IMG/VR virus record: IMGVR_UViG_3300020045_008999
Span: 384,001-448,000 of that record
Source of the DNA: a virus
Taxonomy: Duplodnaviria > Heunggongvirae > Uroviricota > Caudoviricetes
Length of the DNA: 64,000 nt
Direction: 5' to 3' (one strand)
In this document: positions 20,070 through 30,270 of the stretch, piece after piece
How positions within the stretch are numbered: position 1 is the first letter of the stretch
How the letters are laid out: each line of letters starts with the position of its first letter
Program-made: the position numbers and the translations under genes
The notes under the pieces: generated by a model
Seen by the model: the letters and a program-made list of their open reading frames with translations, nothing else
Database searches by the model: none
Told to the model about the DNA's origin: nothing

Positions 20070-20465
20070 TTATAGCAAATTTAATCCATTCATTACCTCT
20101 TTAGATTTACTAAGAGACCATTGATAATTTTTTTCTTCTAAATCACCTAAATCTTTGCGTTTTAAATTTTGATTTGCATCGGCAAAATAACACTGAAGTG
20201 CTTTTTCTAATACATTAATAGTTGGTTTATCGATTAATGTGAATGTAGTCAATTCACACATACCTAAATTGCTAATATAGTCATCACTAACAATGTATCC
20301 ACCAGACATGTCTTTAATTGTTTTCGCTTTTTCGATGAGTGTATCTATCGATTCACCATGATTGTATATAAAAGGAGTATCTGATTCGTAAACACCTTTT
20401 TGCAACAAGTTCGCATCTATGAATTTACCGAAGTAAGTTAATGCTTTTAATTTTAGTTGTACCAT
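20070..20465 (-). CDS. Hypothetical protein
   Basis: 131-aa ORF. Confidence 0.65.
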   Translation of the reverse strand: MVQLKLKALTYFGKFIDANLLQKGVYESDTPFIYNHGESIDTLIEKAKTIKDMSGGYIVSDDYISNLGMCELTTFTLIDKPTINVLEKALQCYFADANQNLKRKDLGDLEEKNYQWSLSKSKEVMNGLNLL

Positions 20466-20529
20466 GATTATTTAATTTAGTATTTATAATGATTTTGTCC
20501 GTATTACAGTGATATTATATTTATATATG

Positions 20530-20967
20530 TTAAATTCTGTCCAGCAAAAACTCACCAGATTCTAGTATTGTGTGTTTGGTGTACAGTTGCTCCTTAAGTT
20601 CGTTTATCCATCTGTCCCAATTATCATCTATCATCGCAATGAATTCTGGTGAACTATTTCGATTTTTATAACGACGTAAATATTCGAGTTTTAATTCATT
20701 TTTTGGGTAAATTAATCTAACATCAATCCCTAAATCATGCAATTTGTTTAATACAATAGGGTCTGTTGATATAAATAAATATTTTACATCACCGGTGACT
20801 GACATTATATTCGCTATATAATTTTCCGGGAAGTCCGAATCTCTATATTCCCAACACTCTAGTTCTTTGTAGGTATCTGGGAATTTTGAACATAAATAAC
20901 TTTTACCAGTGCCACAAAATGCAGCACATATTTCGGTATTTTTATTGGTGTATTTATTTGATTTCAA
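20530..20967 (-). CDS. Small P-loop NTPase/kinase-like protein
   Basis: AAFCGTGKS Walker A; EYLRRYKNR lid-like motif. Confidence 0.7.
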   Translation of the reverse strand: MKSNKYTNKNTEICAAFCGTGKSYLCSKFPDTYKELECWEYRDSDFPENYIANIMSVTGDVKYLFISTDPIVLNKLHDLGIDVRLIYPKNELKLEYLRRYKNRNSSPEFIAMIDDNWDRWINELKEQLYTKHTILESGEFLLDRI

Positions 20968-21144
20968 AAATATAATATCTAATCATGGAAAATATACACA
21001 AATATAATGAAATAATATGGAACAATCCACTAAAATTTATATTCTTTATTAAACTTGTAAAAATATTAATGGGAATGTGAGGATGTAACTTATGATAACT
21101 ATGTAACATGCATTTTTTTATATATAATAAAAACAAAACATTAT

Positions 21145-23799
21145 ATGGCCTCGACCCCCCTTTACCGCCCGATGAAAAATAGAGGAACTTCGTTCTATGC
21201 ATTCCCTGGTGCTGGTGATGATATTGCCATTGCATATCAAAATCAAAATCAGAAAATGTATTTTAGTAAATATGCACTTATTAATATACCTATCGATAAT
21301 TCGAGTACTAATGATATCACACCAAAATATTTTAACTTTGATGCGGCATTTAATCGTTCGGAAAGTTCAACTTCTTCCTCATCATTTAATGACCGTCTAG
21401 TAGAGTCACTTCGAAATTATGTTGCCAACCATGAGATCACTATGAAGGAATCGCGTATTAATAATACTGAATACTTCTATAACCAAAATGTATTATCAAC
21501 ACCGACCGAACGAATTTTTTGGAAATGGGCTAAGAAATTAAATCTGATTGAATTTGAACCAGCAAACGTAGGTGATGAATACTTTGGAAATTTGATTGAT
21601 TTTGAGCGACGTGATGCTACTGATGATTCATACTTTCCAGAAATTTTGTGGCGTGAGAGGGCAGTTGTGGACTATCGAATAGTTGATTTTTATGAGACTG
21701 ATAATTTAGTTTATATCAACAAGATGGAAATAGAATTTACCGGATCAGTTAATTATAAAGTTGGTGATATTATAAAACTAAATATTCCAAATTATTTAGA
21801 CTTTAATGTCGTAGTGTTGTACGTAATACCAATTAGTGGGGTTAGGGGACAACGTGTAATTATTGATCTGTATTCTACTGATAACTCAAACCCAACTCTT
21901 AATGTGGGTACCTCGACACTTGTCTATAATAAATTAATACAATATGTTGGTGAAGTTAATGGGGTAAATAATGTACAAGAGGCAAATCGCTCATATACCG
22001 AGGTGTATGCACATATACCAGATCATACCGGCCAAACACCTGACGTTTTATTTAGAACTACATATGATGAAAATTATTCACCGAATTTACAATTTCCAAT
22101 TCAGCCCGGTCAAATTCAGCCGGAGATAGTGGGTGCCGAGATATATGCTAACCCAATTGTTGCCTCACCACAAAATTACCCAGGTGATTACTATGGGCAA
22201 TTCGATACTGAATTCTATACATACGAGACAGCAAGTGGTGATCAATTAAGAAGAAGTGGTGACTATTATGGTGTACGCGGAACCGTTGATAACCCTTTAT
22301 TTGATGGTAGTGGGATTGATGGTATTAGTATGGATTTTGATATATCACATTATGTTAAAATGAATGTCATCGGTGAGGAAATTACGAACTTTGACCAATT
22401 CAATGCATTGATGGTGAACAATCAGGTTCCTAAAGATTTCGAATATAATGCAATTCTGTGGTATTATACTGTTGAGGATGAACTTGGTAATAAAGTAAGT
22501 AATTTATATGGTGTTTCGTTTGTGGATAATCCGGTTAATAATGAAATCGCATCCGAAGCTAATTTGAAAATACAATCTGTGAAAAAATTTGTTTCTACAG
22601 ATTTACAAGATGGTACTGCTTATATGCATTCGTTAAACTTGAACTATAATATCATTAATGAAAATACACAAGATACGTATAATCCAGAGGCAATAAACTC
22701 TCTTTATAGTTTTAATTTATACAATGAAGCAATGCGTAAATTGTCTATAGCGAATGATTCTTTTATGAAAATATTAGTGTCTCATAGTAATTTACAAACT
22801 GATGTTTTGAATTTAAAGCAATTGATATATACACAATCTGATCTATCTACGATTAATTCAAAAATTAATAATTTGGATAAATTACTCAATTTATACCAAA
22901 CAAACCAGATAACATCAACAAACAGTATAGAGGTTATTTTAGACAATGTTACCAGTCCGCCAAGTATAAAACTTAACTCAAAAGATACTTTATATGAGCG
23001 ATGTGATACCATATATACCAGTGATATGTATAATACGAGTGGTATAATCGCGGTCAATACGATGGTACCGAATCACAAAAACTTACTAATACGCGTTAAT
23101 AACGATGATACTGTCAAATCTGATATAGGTGATGGGAATCTGAGTATTGTACTATCTAAAGATTTGAAGCCATTACAATCGGTGACCATAATAGTGGCCG
23201 GGATTGATAAATCACTTGAAAATAAAAAGTTAGACATATTTATAAATAGAGATACTAATACCAATAATGGTGCTACGTATACCATACAAAATAAATTAAT
23301 TGGTGATGTGAATTTGCCAGTATTAGGTAAAACGGTTGGGGATGGTGTGAATGCTGCTAAATGGATGCAAGCGTTTGATTATTCTATCAAAATGGATGGG
23401 TATAATATGGTTGTTGATTCAAATGCTCACATGAAAATACTGTTAGATGTAAGTGATTGGGATGTTTCGCTTACAAAAGGGGATACCTTATTATTGACTA
23501 ATTTTATTATAGATAATGGGGGTGTTAAACAAGATTTATCCGATCAATTTAATATTTATGATGTTGGTTTTGAGGGTGTTGATGGGAAGTTTTACTATAA
23601 AATAATACTAGATGTTGGTACAAGTGAATTATTCCAAAACATCAATAGTATCTTTAATGATCGCACTTCAACTACCAATAGGTTATTGTCAAAACCATCT
23701 ATTAAATTAAATATAGGATCTAAAATAACGATTACCAAGATTGGTGATGATTCTATTTTTAGCGATGATGATTATTTGATTGAGGTACAGTCACTTTAA
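21145..23799 (+). CDS. Large putative virion structural protein
   Basis: 884 aa, beta-rich with central coiled coil; TTATATATA 21118-21126. Confidence 0.65.
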   Translation: MASTPLYRPMKNRGTSFYAFPGAGDDIAIAYQNQNQKMYFSKYALINIPIDNSSTNDITPKYFNFDAAFNRSESSTSSSSFNDRLVESLRNYVANHEITMKESRINNTEYFYNQNVLSTPTERIFWKWAKKLNLIEFEPANVGDEYFGNLIDFERRDATDDSYFPEILWRERAVVDYRIVDFYETDNLVYINKMEIEFTGSVNYKVGDIIKLNIPNYLDFNVVVLYVIPISGVRGQRVIIDLYSTDNSNPTLNVGTSTLVYNKLIQYVGEVNGVNNVQEANRSYTEVYAHIPDHTGQTPDVLFRTTYDENYSPNLQFPIQPGQIQPEIVGAEIYANPIVASPQNYPGDYYGQFDTEFYTYETASGDQLRRSGDYYGVRGTVDNPLFDGSGIDGISMDFDISHYVKMNVIGEEITNFDQFNALMVNNQVPKDFEYNAILWYYTVEDELGNKVSNLYGVSFVDNPVNNEIASEANLKIQSVKKFVSTDLQDGTAYMHSLNLNYNIINENTQDTYNPEAINSLYSFNLYNEAMRKLSIANDSFMKILVSHSNLQTDVLNLKQLIYTQSDLSTINSKINNLDKLLNLYQTNQITSTNSIEVILDNVTSPPSIKLNSKDTLYERCDTIYTSDMYNTSGIIAVNTMVPNHKNLLIRVNNDDTVKSDIGDGNLSIVLSKDLKPLQSVTIIVAGIDKSLENKKLDIFINRDTNTNNGATYTIQNKLIGDVNLPVLGKTVGDGVNAAKWMQAFDYSIKMDGYNMVVDSNAHMKILLDVSDWDVSLTKGDTLLLTNFIIDNGGVKQDLSDQFNIYDVGFEGVDGKFYYKIILDVGTSELFQNINSIFNDRTSTTNRLLSKPSIKLNIGSKITITKIGDDSIFSDDDYLIEVQSL

Positions 23800-23833
23800 A
23801 TTTTTAATATATAGTATAAACTAATATTAAACA

Positions 23834-24619
23834 ATGGGATGTGGAAATAAATCTTTATTTGGAGAGACCTCTGGTGGTAACATAAAGTATCAGGGTAATG
23901 ATTTGGTCTCTATTGAGGGTGCTAATATATTAGAGCGACTTTTATTGGGTGGTATTTCAATTCCATATCAACAAATACTTAAAAGTCGAATAATTCTTAA
24001 AGCTGGTCAAACTAACTATCTAATGAATCATCTAGGGCTTGGACACAACGTTACATTTGTTGCGATTGTTGCTAAATATGCAGTTAAATCTAAGTTGGAG
24101 ATAGATAATTATATTACATACTCGTATGTCGATAATCCAACTATTACATTTCCAATGTCCCAGATATTGACTCTTAGTGGAAATAGTACTCATAGAATAT
24201 CTCAACTATATTTGAATAATCCAAATCCTAATTATCAAGTCATATTGGATGTGATGGTAGCGACCATTGATGAGGTGGTTGAATTTTCACAAAATGGTCC
24301 TGTTATAACATTTTCAAACAATGTATTTATTGGTAGTTCACTTGGTTTAACACAATCTGGTATTCCAAGTACAGAAACCGCCACTGAATTTTATACAACG
24401 ATTGACACTGTGGTTGCAAGTACGTTAGATATATATGACTTAGTTCTGACTGTTTTGGATGATATTGATACAATTTCAAAATCGGATATTCGTATAGAAT
24501 TTAATGGTGCGCCTTATGTAGGAATTGGAATCACACAAAGTGGTGTTTATTCATTTAGTGTTGTGGACACTAGTTACAATTTAACCGAAGCGAATTTATA
24601 CATCAACTTAATAAATTAA
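23834..24619 (+). CDS. Putative virion structural protein
   Basis: Late motif 23805-23813; beta-rich composition. Confidence 0.6.
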   Translation: MGCGNKSLFGETSGGNIKYQGNDLVSIEGANILERLLLGGISIPYQQILKSRIILKAGQTNYLMNHLGLGHNVTFVAIVAKYAVKSKLEIDNYITYSYVDNPTITFPMSQILTLSGNSTHRISQLYLNNPNPNYQVILDVMVATIDEVVEFSQNGPVITFSNNVFIGSSLGLTQSGIPSTETATEFYTTIDTVVASTLDIYDLVLTVLDDIDTISKSDIRIEFNGAPYVGIGITQSGVYSFSVVDTSYNLTEANLYINLIN

Positions 24620-24624
24620 CAATT

Positions 24625-25566
24625 ATGAAATCAATATTAAAATTTAACGAGTACATAACCGAAGATTTCTCTCAGAAATTTAGAGGATTTCCATCTGTCG
24701 GGGATTTTGTAGAAAGTCATATTGATGATGAATACATACTATCTATGGTTAATTTCTACATAAAAGATATGGATCACACTGTAAAAGTTGCTAACGCTGT
24801 AAATACGTTAGATTTATCTACACTTGATTATTTGTATAAAAAAATATGTAGTTATTTAGATCATGGTGATGCGGATGATGCGGGTATAAATGAAGCGATC
24901 GGGATTGTTGCTGGTAAAAATATATTCAAATCATTTCTTCGTATGTTGGCAGCATTGGGATTAAAAGAAAATAAACCGGATTGGGAATCTACACCATCTG
25001 ATTTCTTATTGTACTATCAATTTGATAGTTTGCGATTTGACGACATTCGAACAATGATGGGCCGATTTAAATCTTTAGTGCCTTTCATAGAGCGTCTGGA
25101 GCAAAATGATAATCAGAAATTGTATTTTGGAATCAATAGTAATATGGAATTTGAATATGGTATATTTGTGAAAAATCACAATTATATAGGCAAATTCAAA
25201 ATGAATAAATCAAATTATAATTGGTTAATTACACAAGAAACTGCCGCATCTAGTTCGTTAAAACGTGAATTGGTGGATTTATCTATTGATAAAATTGCAT
25301 TATTTAGCAAGATAAAAAAAGATATACAATCGTTTGTACCAGGTAAATATAAATCTAAAACAGTACCTACTATTGTTGGTGATGTAATGACCTTCTCGTA
25401 TCATGGTATTGGGAGGTGGGCAGATGGTGAAATAGATCAATCGGATATGATAACACTGAAAGAAAATTTTAAATTATGGGCATCTAAGTTTAAGTGGTCA
25501 TATAAATGTAGAATTAATGTATCGGCGAATGACTTCTGGATAAAATACCAAATTAAAATAAGTTAA
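24625..25566 (+). CDS. Hypothetical protein with capsid-targeting-like N-terminus
   Basis: MKSILKFNEYITE. Confidence 0.7.
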   Translation: MKSILKFNEYITEDFSQKFRGFPSVGDFVESHIDDEYILSMVNFYIKDMDHTVKVANAVNTLDLSTLDYLYKKICSYLDHGDADDAGINEAIGIVAGKNIFKSFLRMLAALGLKENKPDWESTPSDFLLYYQFDSLRFDDIRTMMGRFKSLVPFIERLEQNDNQKLYFGINSNMEFEYGIFVKNHNYIGKFKMNKSNYNWLITQETAASSSLKRELVDLSIDKIALFSKIKKDIQSFVPGKYKSKTVPTIVGDVMTFSYHGIGRWADGEIDQSDMITLKENFKLWASKFKWSYKCRINVSANDFWIKYQIKIS

Positions 25567-25605
25567 TATCTGATTTTTTGACATGTCATGATAAATTTTT
25601 ATTCT

Positions 25606-25720
25606 TATTCAGGTGAACTGAATGAGTGAACCCCAAGAGTAGCGAATTCTTGGGGTTCTTTTTATAGCTTAAACTATAACCGGTCCTAAAGTGTGGGAGT
25701 GTTTCACCCACCCGGTTGAG
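25606..25720 (-). ncRNA. Candidate structured non-coding RNA
   Basis: GC-enriched intergenic tract with four hairpins directly downstream of a late motif (25724-25732); no substantial ORF. Confidence 0.4.
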
Positions 25721-25798
25721 TATTATATATTAACTTTTTGTTCTCAAAAAGACAACTTTACGGCTTTTTTATTATAAAAGAATAAATGAAAATAACAT

Positions 25799-26566
25799 AT
25801 GAGTATAATGAACGTTATTAAAAGTTTGTGCACCCGTAACAAACAGATAAATATTAATGAATTACCATCAATGGGATTATTTTATCCATCTGATATGAAG
25901 CTATATATAGGTAAATGTACCAAAGAAGACATAAATACATATAGTAAATCATGTGATCCCACTAACATACTTTCAATTGTACACTGTATGAAAACAATTG
26001 TTGAAAAATGTGTAACTCTTAATAAAGAATATTGTAAAAATTCAATAAAGAGTATTGATATGCTTTATATTTTCTTAGAAATTGTCAAGTATACTACAAA
26101 TAAACCTATATTGGTATCTTTTTATGATGATGAAATTGGCGCAACTAGTGAAATTGAAATGTCCTCAGAAACATTTGAATATATGGACACCACCGATTTA
26201 ATGCAATATTATCGATCGGATACCCGTGAATTTGAAATCAATGGTTATCGCCTATCACTACCTTCTAAAGGTGTTGAAAATTCATTGACCGAGTATCTTT
26301 CTAGAAATGTTTCGGACGAAAGTGCAATGCTATTGTCCAGTTACAGTTATGATTTTATTTATTTTCTAGGCAATCGTAATATAATAACCTTTGATGAAAT
26401 TGACAATCTGATTGAAATATTCAACGATGATATGAATGATGCTAATAAAGCAATCGTATCTGATATAGTTATGTTATTTTCGAAAATGATTAGTTATAAT
26501 TTAATCAAAAATGGTCGTCAAATTGAACTTCGTTCTAAAATAAAAATGTCTACAATCTGGAAATAA
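25799..26566 (+). CDS. Baseplate hub assembly protein-like (T4 gp26 family)
   Basis: ELPSMGLFYP N-terminal motif; IDMLYIFLEI. Confidence 0.5.
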   Translation: MSIMNVIKSLCTRNKQININELPSMGLFYPSDMKLYIGKCTKEDINTYSKSCDPTNILSIVHCMKTIVEKCVTLNKEYCKNSIKSIDMLYIFLEIVKYTTNKPILVSFYDDEIGATSEIEMSSETFEYMDTTDLMQYYRSDTREFEINGYRLSLPSKGVENSLTEYLSRNVSDESAMLLSSYSYDFIYFLGNRNIITFDEIDNLIEIFNDDMNDANKAIVSDIVMLFSKMISYNLIKNGRQIELRSKIKMSTIWK

Positions 26567-26594
26567 ATGGAATTTTGTTTTTTATATATAATTC

Positions 26595-27293
26595 ATGAAT
26601 TGTGTGAAAAATGAAGACTGTTTAATAGGAATAAAAAAAATATCAAAAAATATGGTAGATCTGATTTTGACGGATCCACCATATTTCATTTCAAAACCAT
26701 CCAATTTCCATATTGGCGGGTCGGTAGATGGAAGATTTGAGTCTATGACTCATGAATTTGGCAAATGGGATACCGAAGAGACATCGCTTCCACTTGGGGA
26801 ATTATTTCTGGAATATTATCGTGTTCTCAGAATGGGTGGAACCCTTATCATTTTTTTTGATATTTGGAAATGTAATGAGATAAAAAAGGCAGCAGAACTT
26901 GCTGGATTTAAACAATCAAGAGTATGTCAGTGGGTTAAAACAAATCCAACACCGGTCAATTCAAAGTACAACTATTTATCAAATGGTATAGAGTACTTCT
27001 TCACTTTTGTGAAATATCGAAAGGGTACATTCAATTCTAAATATGATCATGGTATATATCATTATCCTATATGTCATGGACATGAGAGAACTTCCCATCC
27101 TACTCAAAAACCATTGAAATTATTTATGGACTTAATTGAGAAACATAGTAGTGAGGGAGATTTAGTATTGGATACATTTGCTGGGAGTGGGACAACAGCA
27201 ATTGCCTGTATTAATTTGAATCGAAAATATATGCTATTTGAATCAAACCCAGAATATTATGAAATTTCGTTAAAAAGAATTGTAAATAAGTAA
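26595..27293 (+). CDS. DNA N6-adenine/N4-cytosine methyltransferase (beta class), orphan
   Basis: LTDPPY, HPTQKP, VLDTFAGSGTT. Confidence 0.93.
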   Translation: MNCVKNEDCLIGIKKISKNMVDLILTDPPYFISKPSNFHIGGSVDGRFESMTHEFGKWDTEETSLPLGELFLEYYRVLRMGGTLIIFFDIWKCNEIKKAAELAGFKQSRVCQWVKTNPTPVNSKYNYLSNGIEYFFTFVKYRKGTFNSKYDHGIYHYPICHGHERTSHPTQKPLKLFMDLIEKHSSEGDLVLDTFAGSGTTAIACINLNRKYMLFESNPEYYEISLKRIVNK

Positions 27294-27349
27294 AACTTTA
27301 GTTTGTAATATTAATATATAGTGTGTACCTTTGTGGTATAATAAAATAA

Positions 27350-27711
27350 GGGGGTGCCTGGTTTTGATTCTCTTTGTGCTTATATGATGCAAGTAACGGT
27401 AGTATTACCCGTTTAATAAATAGATATAAAACGCTTTAAATGGCAAAACAAATGAATTAGGGACTAGTGAAGATTTAGTAGCTGCCCTTGCAAACATCCT
27501 ACCTGTTAAAGAGGTTGCTTTCGCTTAATCGCAAAACGCATAAAAGATTAACAAAAAGTCCGTACGACTTAAAAGTGCCGATGCTAGGTTTCTAATTCGT
27601 ATCGTTAAGAAGTATTAGATATTCACCACTATAGAAATTGTGGTTATAAACTTGTGAACGAATTGTGTTTGTATGAATTGTAAGACGGGGGTTCGATTCC
27701 CCCCACTTCCA
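27350..27711 (+). ncRNA. ssrA: tmRNA
   Basis: 5' GGGGGTG pairs with 3' CACTTCC-A including G3:U70; T-arm GGGGG-TTCGATT-CCCCC; tag frame 27442-27528 ending VAFA-stop. Confidence 0.92.
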
Positions 27712-27799
27712 CAAAAAAGATGATCTAAAAATAGATCATCTTTTTTTAATATATAGTATTTTACTAGGATAAATATATAAATAACACTAAATTTACCAA

Positions 27800-28498
27800 A
27801 TGGATATACGCGATACTTTCTTAAAATTGACCTCGAAAACTTACCCACACGGTACCGAGCACGAATTACTTTCATTATTAGAAATTGAACTTCAAGAAGA
27901 TTCATATGGTAATTATTTTATAGAAGTAGGCGATTCTGCGACTTTATTCACTAGTCATTTAGATACGGTTACCGATATCCAAGAAGAGGTAACACACGTG
28001 TTTGACGATGATTTTATAAAGACTGATGGTAGTACCATACTAGGGGCAGATGATAAGGCAGGGGTCGTTGCAATGCTATACATGATACGCAATAATGTAC
28101 CAGGGTTATACTACTTCTTCATAGGTGAAGAAAGTGGCGCATTGGGATCTAGCGCAGTATGTGGTGATTATAAATTTAGAAAAATGAAACGGGTCGTATC
28201 GTTGGATCGGCGAGGAATTAGTTCCATAATAACTCACCAACAAATGATCCCATGTTGTTCTATTGACTTTGCATTAGATCTGTCTAATGAATTTGTAAAA
28301 AATGAGCTACCATTATATTTAGATAACAGTGGATATTTTTCAGACTCTTTTGCGTTTAATGATATTGTTAAAAATTGTACAAACATATCGGTTGGATATT
28401 ATAATGAACATACAACAGATGAGTGTTTGAATATTAAATATTTAGAAAAACTTTGTGAAGTTTTGTGTAAAATAAATTGGGAAAAATTAACCGAATAA
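27800..28498 (+). CDS. Zn metallopeptidase (M20/M28 family)
   Basis: SHLDTV, LGADDKAG, GEESG, NEHT. Confidence 0.88.
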   Translation: MDIRDTFLKLTSKTYPHGTEHELLSLLEIELQEDSYGNYFIEVGDSATLFTSHLDTVTDIQEEVTHVFDDDFIKTDGSTILGADDKAGVVAMLYMIRNNVPGLYYFFIGEESGALGSSAVCGDYKFRKMKRVVSLDRRGISSIITHQQMIPCCSIDFALDLSNEFVKNELPLYLDNSGYFSDSFAFNDIVKNCTNISVGYYNEHTTDECLNIKYLEKLCEVLCKINWEKLTE

Positions 28499-28499
28499 T

Positions 28500-28829
28500 A
28501 TGTTTCGAAAAATTTTCATTTTTTTAGGTATTTTAAAATCTAAGCATAAAGTCCCTTTAGTAGATGTTGATCCACTATCTAATGATTGTATAATATCGGT
28601 TGATGTGTTCAATAATTGGTTTAATGATCCATTGAATAATGCGGTATATGCTCATTCCGGTATATTTATGAGATTAGATAAATTATCATTTTCGCATGTG
28701 GAAGATTATTTGGATAAGAAGCATGATATAAATCGCCAGCACCCATTATATGCGGATCCGCTTTTTTATTTATTATTGTGTGATTTCCATGAAGATATAC
28801 GAAAGGATTGGATACGAAAAAGCAAGTAG
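28500..28829 (+). CDS. Hypothetical protein
   Basis: Coupled to peptidase gene. Confidence 0.6.
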   Translation: MFRKIFIFLGILKSKHKVPLVDVDPLSNDCIISVDVFNNWFNDPLNNAVYAHSGIFMRLDKLSFSHVEDYLDKKHDINRQHPLYADPLFYLLLCDFHEDIRKDWIRKSK

Positions 28830-29057
28830 TTATTTACTTGCTTTTTTTGGCCTATAATGATCAATTATATCAGCGGCGGTGATTATTTCATCCGGTGCAT
28901 TTTTTATAATAGATTCTGGGATGTTGTGTGTTATTTTATATTTTCTACCAATCAGTTCTGTGATTTCACATACGCAAATCATATCATTGTACCAGTATTC
29001 CAAAATTATTTTATCGCCAACATTATAATAAGATTTGTATTCAAATATATATTTCAT
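28830..29057 (-). CDS. Small SH3/Tudor-like hypothetical protein
   Basis: MKYIFEYKSY; YNVGDKI; late motif 29062-29070. Confidence 0.6.
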   Translation of the reverse strand: MKYIFEYKSYYNVGDKIILEYWYNDMICVCEITELIGRKYKITHNIPESIIKNAPDEIITAADIIDHYRPKKASK

Positions 29058-29084
29058 TCTCTATATATTAAAAATTTCCATTGC

Positions 29085-29831
29085 TTATTTTTTATTTTTT
29101 TCTTCCCATTTGTCAAATTCGTCTTCGATCATCATGATTATTTTGTTTCTAACAATATCTGCAATCGTGAATGACATTGTTCCGATATTAGGCTTATTCT
29201 CAAACATTTTAACCACCGTGTCTAGTGATGACAATGATCGGTCCTTTAGATCTATTTGTTTGGAATCCCCAGTAATTATCATTTTTGAATTTTCACCAAT
29301 TCTAGTTAATGTCGACCTCATGTTTTTCAATGAAATGTTCTGACCCTCATCAACTATTATAATGGAGTTGTCAATGCTACGTCCTCTTATAAAGGCTAGG
29401 GGCAATACTATGATCATGCCCATTTCCATCATTCGTTTAGTATTATCTTCACCAATTATTTTGTGAAAATTATCTAAAAAACTCGCCATGGGCATTTCCA
29501 TCTTGGAGTCTTTGTCACCAGGAACAAACCCAATTCCCTCACCTTCTAATTCAGTCACACTTTTGACCAAAATTATTTTTGTATACCCCACATCTTTTTT
29601 TAATAATTTCAATGCTTGACCACACGCCAAAAAAGTTTTTCCAGTTCCTGCTGGTCCGGCACATATCGTAATGTCATTATCATTAATCATGTTTACAAAC
29701 TTTTTTTGAGATTCATTTTTACATTTTAAATCAAATGTTATTTTTTGAATGTTGAATGTTGGTACGCGTCCGGTTGTAGGCCTGTCTTCATCAACTTTAA
29801 TAAATTCTTTTCTAGTAGTTGGTTTTCGCAT
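29085..29831 (-). CDS. phoH: PhoH-like ATPase
   Basis: GPAGTGKT, LAFIRGRS, IVDEGQN, TRIGENSK, GDSKQID, DIVRN. Confidence 0.95.
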   Translation of the reverse strand: MRKPTTRKEFIKVDEDRPTTGRVPTFNIQKITFDLKCKNESQKKFVNMINDNDITICAGPAGTGKTFLACGQALKLLKKDVGYTKIILVKSVTELEGEGIGFVPGDKDSKMEMPMASFLDNFHKIIGEDNTKRMMEMGMIIVLPLAFIRGRSIDNSIIIVDEGQNISLKNMRSTLTRIGENSKMIITGDSKQIDLKDRSLSSLDTVVKMFENKPNIGTMSFTIADIVRNKIIMMIEDEFDKWEEKNKK

Positions 29832-30033
29832 AGAGTTATTATTTTTGTTTTTCTTATATATTATATTTCTCCCACTGGAAGCGACCAGAATGCCATAATA
29901 ATGTTTTTTATTTTCGAGTTCTTAAAAATATACAATATCTACACAACGCGAATTATTGCTGATACAAAGATATATTTTGTTTAAAATCACATTATTCAGT
30001 AATCTACCGGATGATATTTTTTATATATAGGTT

Positions 30034-30270
30034 ATGAAAAATGCGACATTATTACGCGAAAAAGTAGATGATTTAATATATGATTTGATTTTCTCTAAGA
30101 AAGAAGAATATGAAATTATTGTAAGCGACTACATATTAGATATATACACATATGATAAATTTATCATTAATATCAAACGGGTTTTGAAAAAATCCAAAGT
30201 GAAAATAATTAATGAAAAATTAACAACAACACCCACCGAAGTTTTGTGGAAAATTAATATAAAAAAATAA
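30034..30270 (+). CDS. Hypothetical protein
   Basis: Late motif 30021-30029; TAATG coupling to next gene. Confidence 0.65.
   Translation: MKNATLLREKVDDLIYDLIFSKKEEYEIIVSDYILDIYTYDKFIINIKRVLKKSKVKIINEKLTTTPTEVLWKINIKK

Noticed and set aside
26595-27293. Restriction-modification system
   Set aside because: No adjacent restriction endonuclease; an orphan protective methyltransferase is the ordinary explanation.
27615-27905. 96-aa ORF from the track
   Set aside because: Antisense to the tmRNA 3' end and the peptidase gene.
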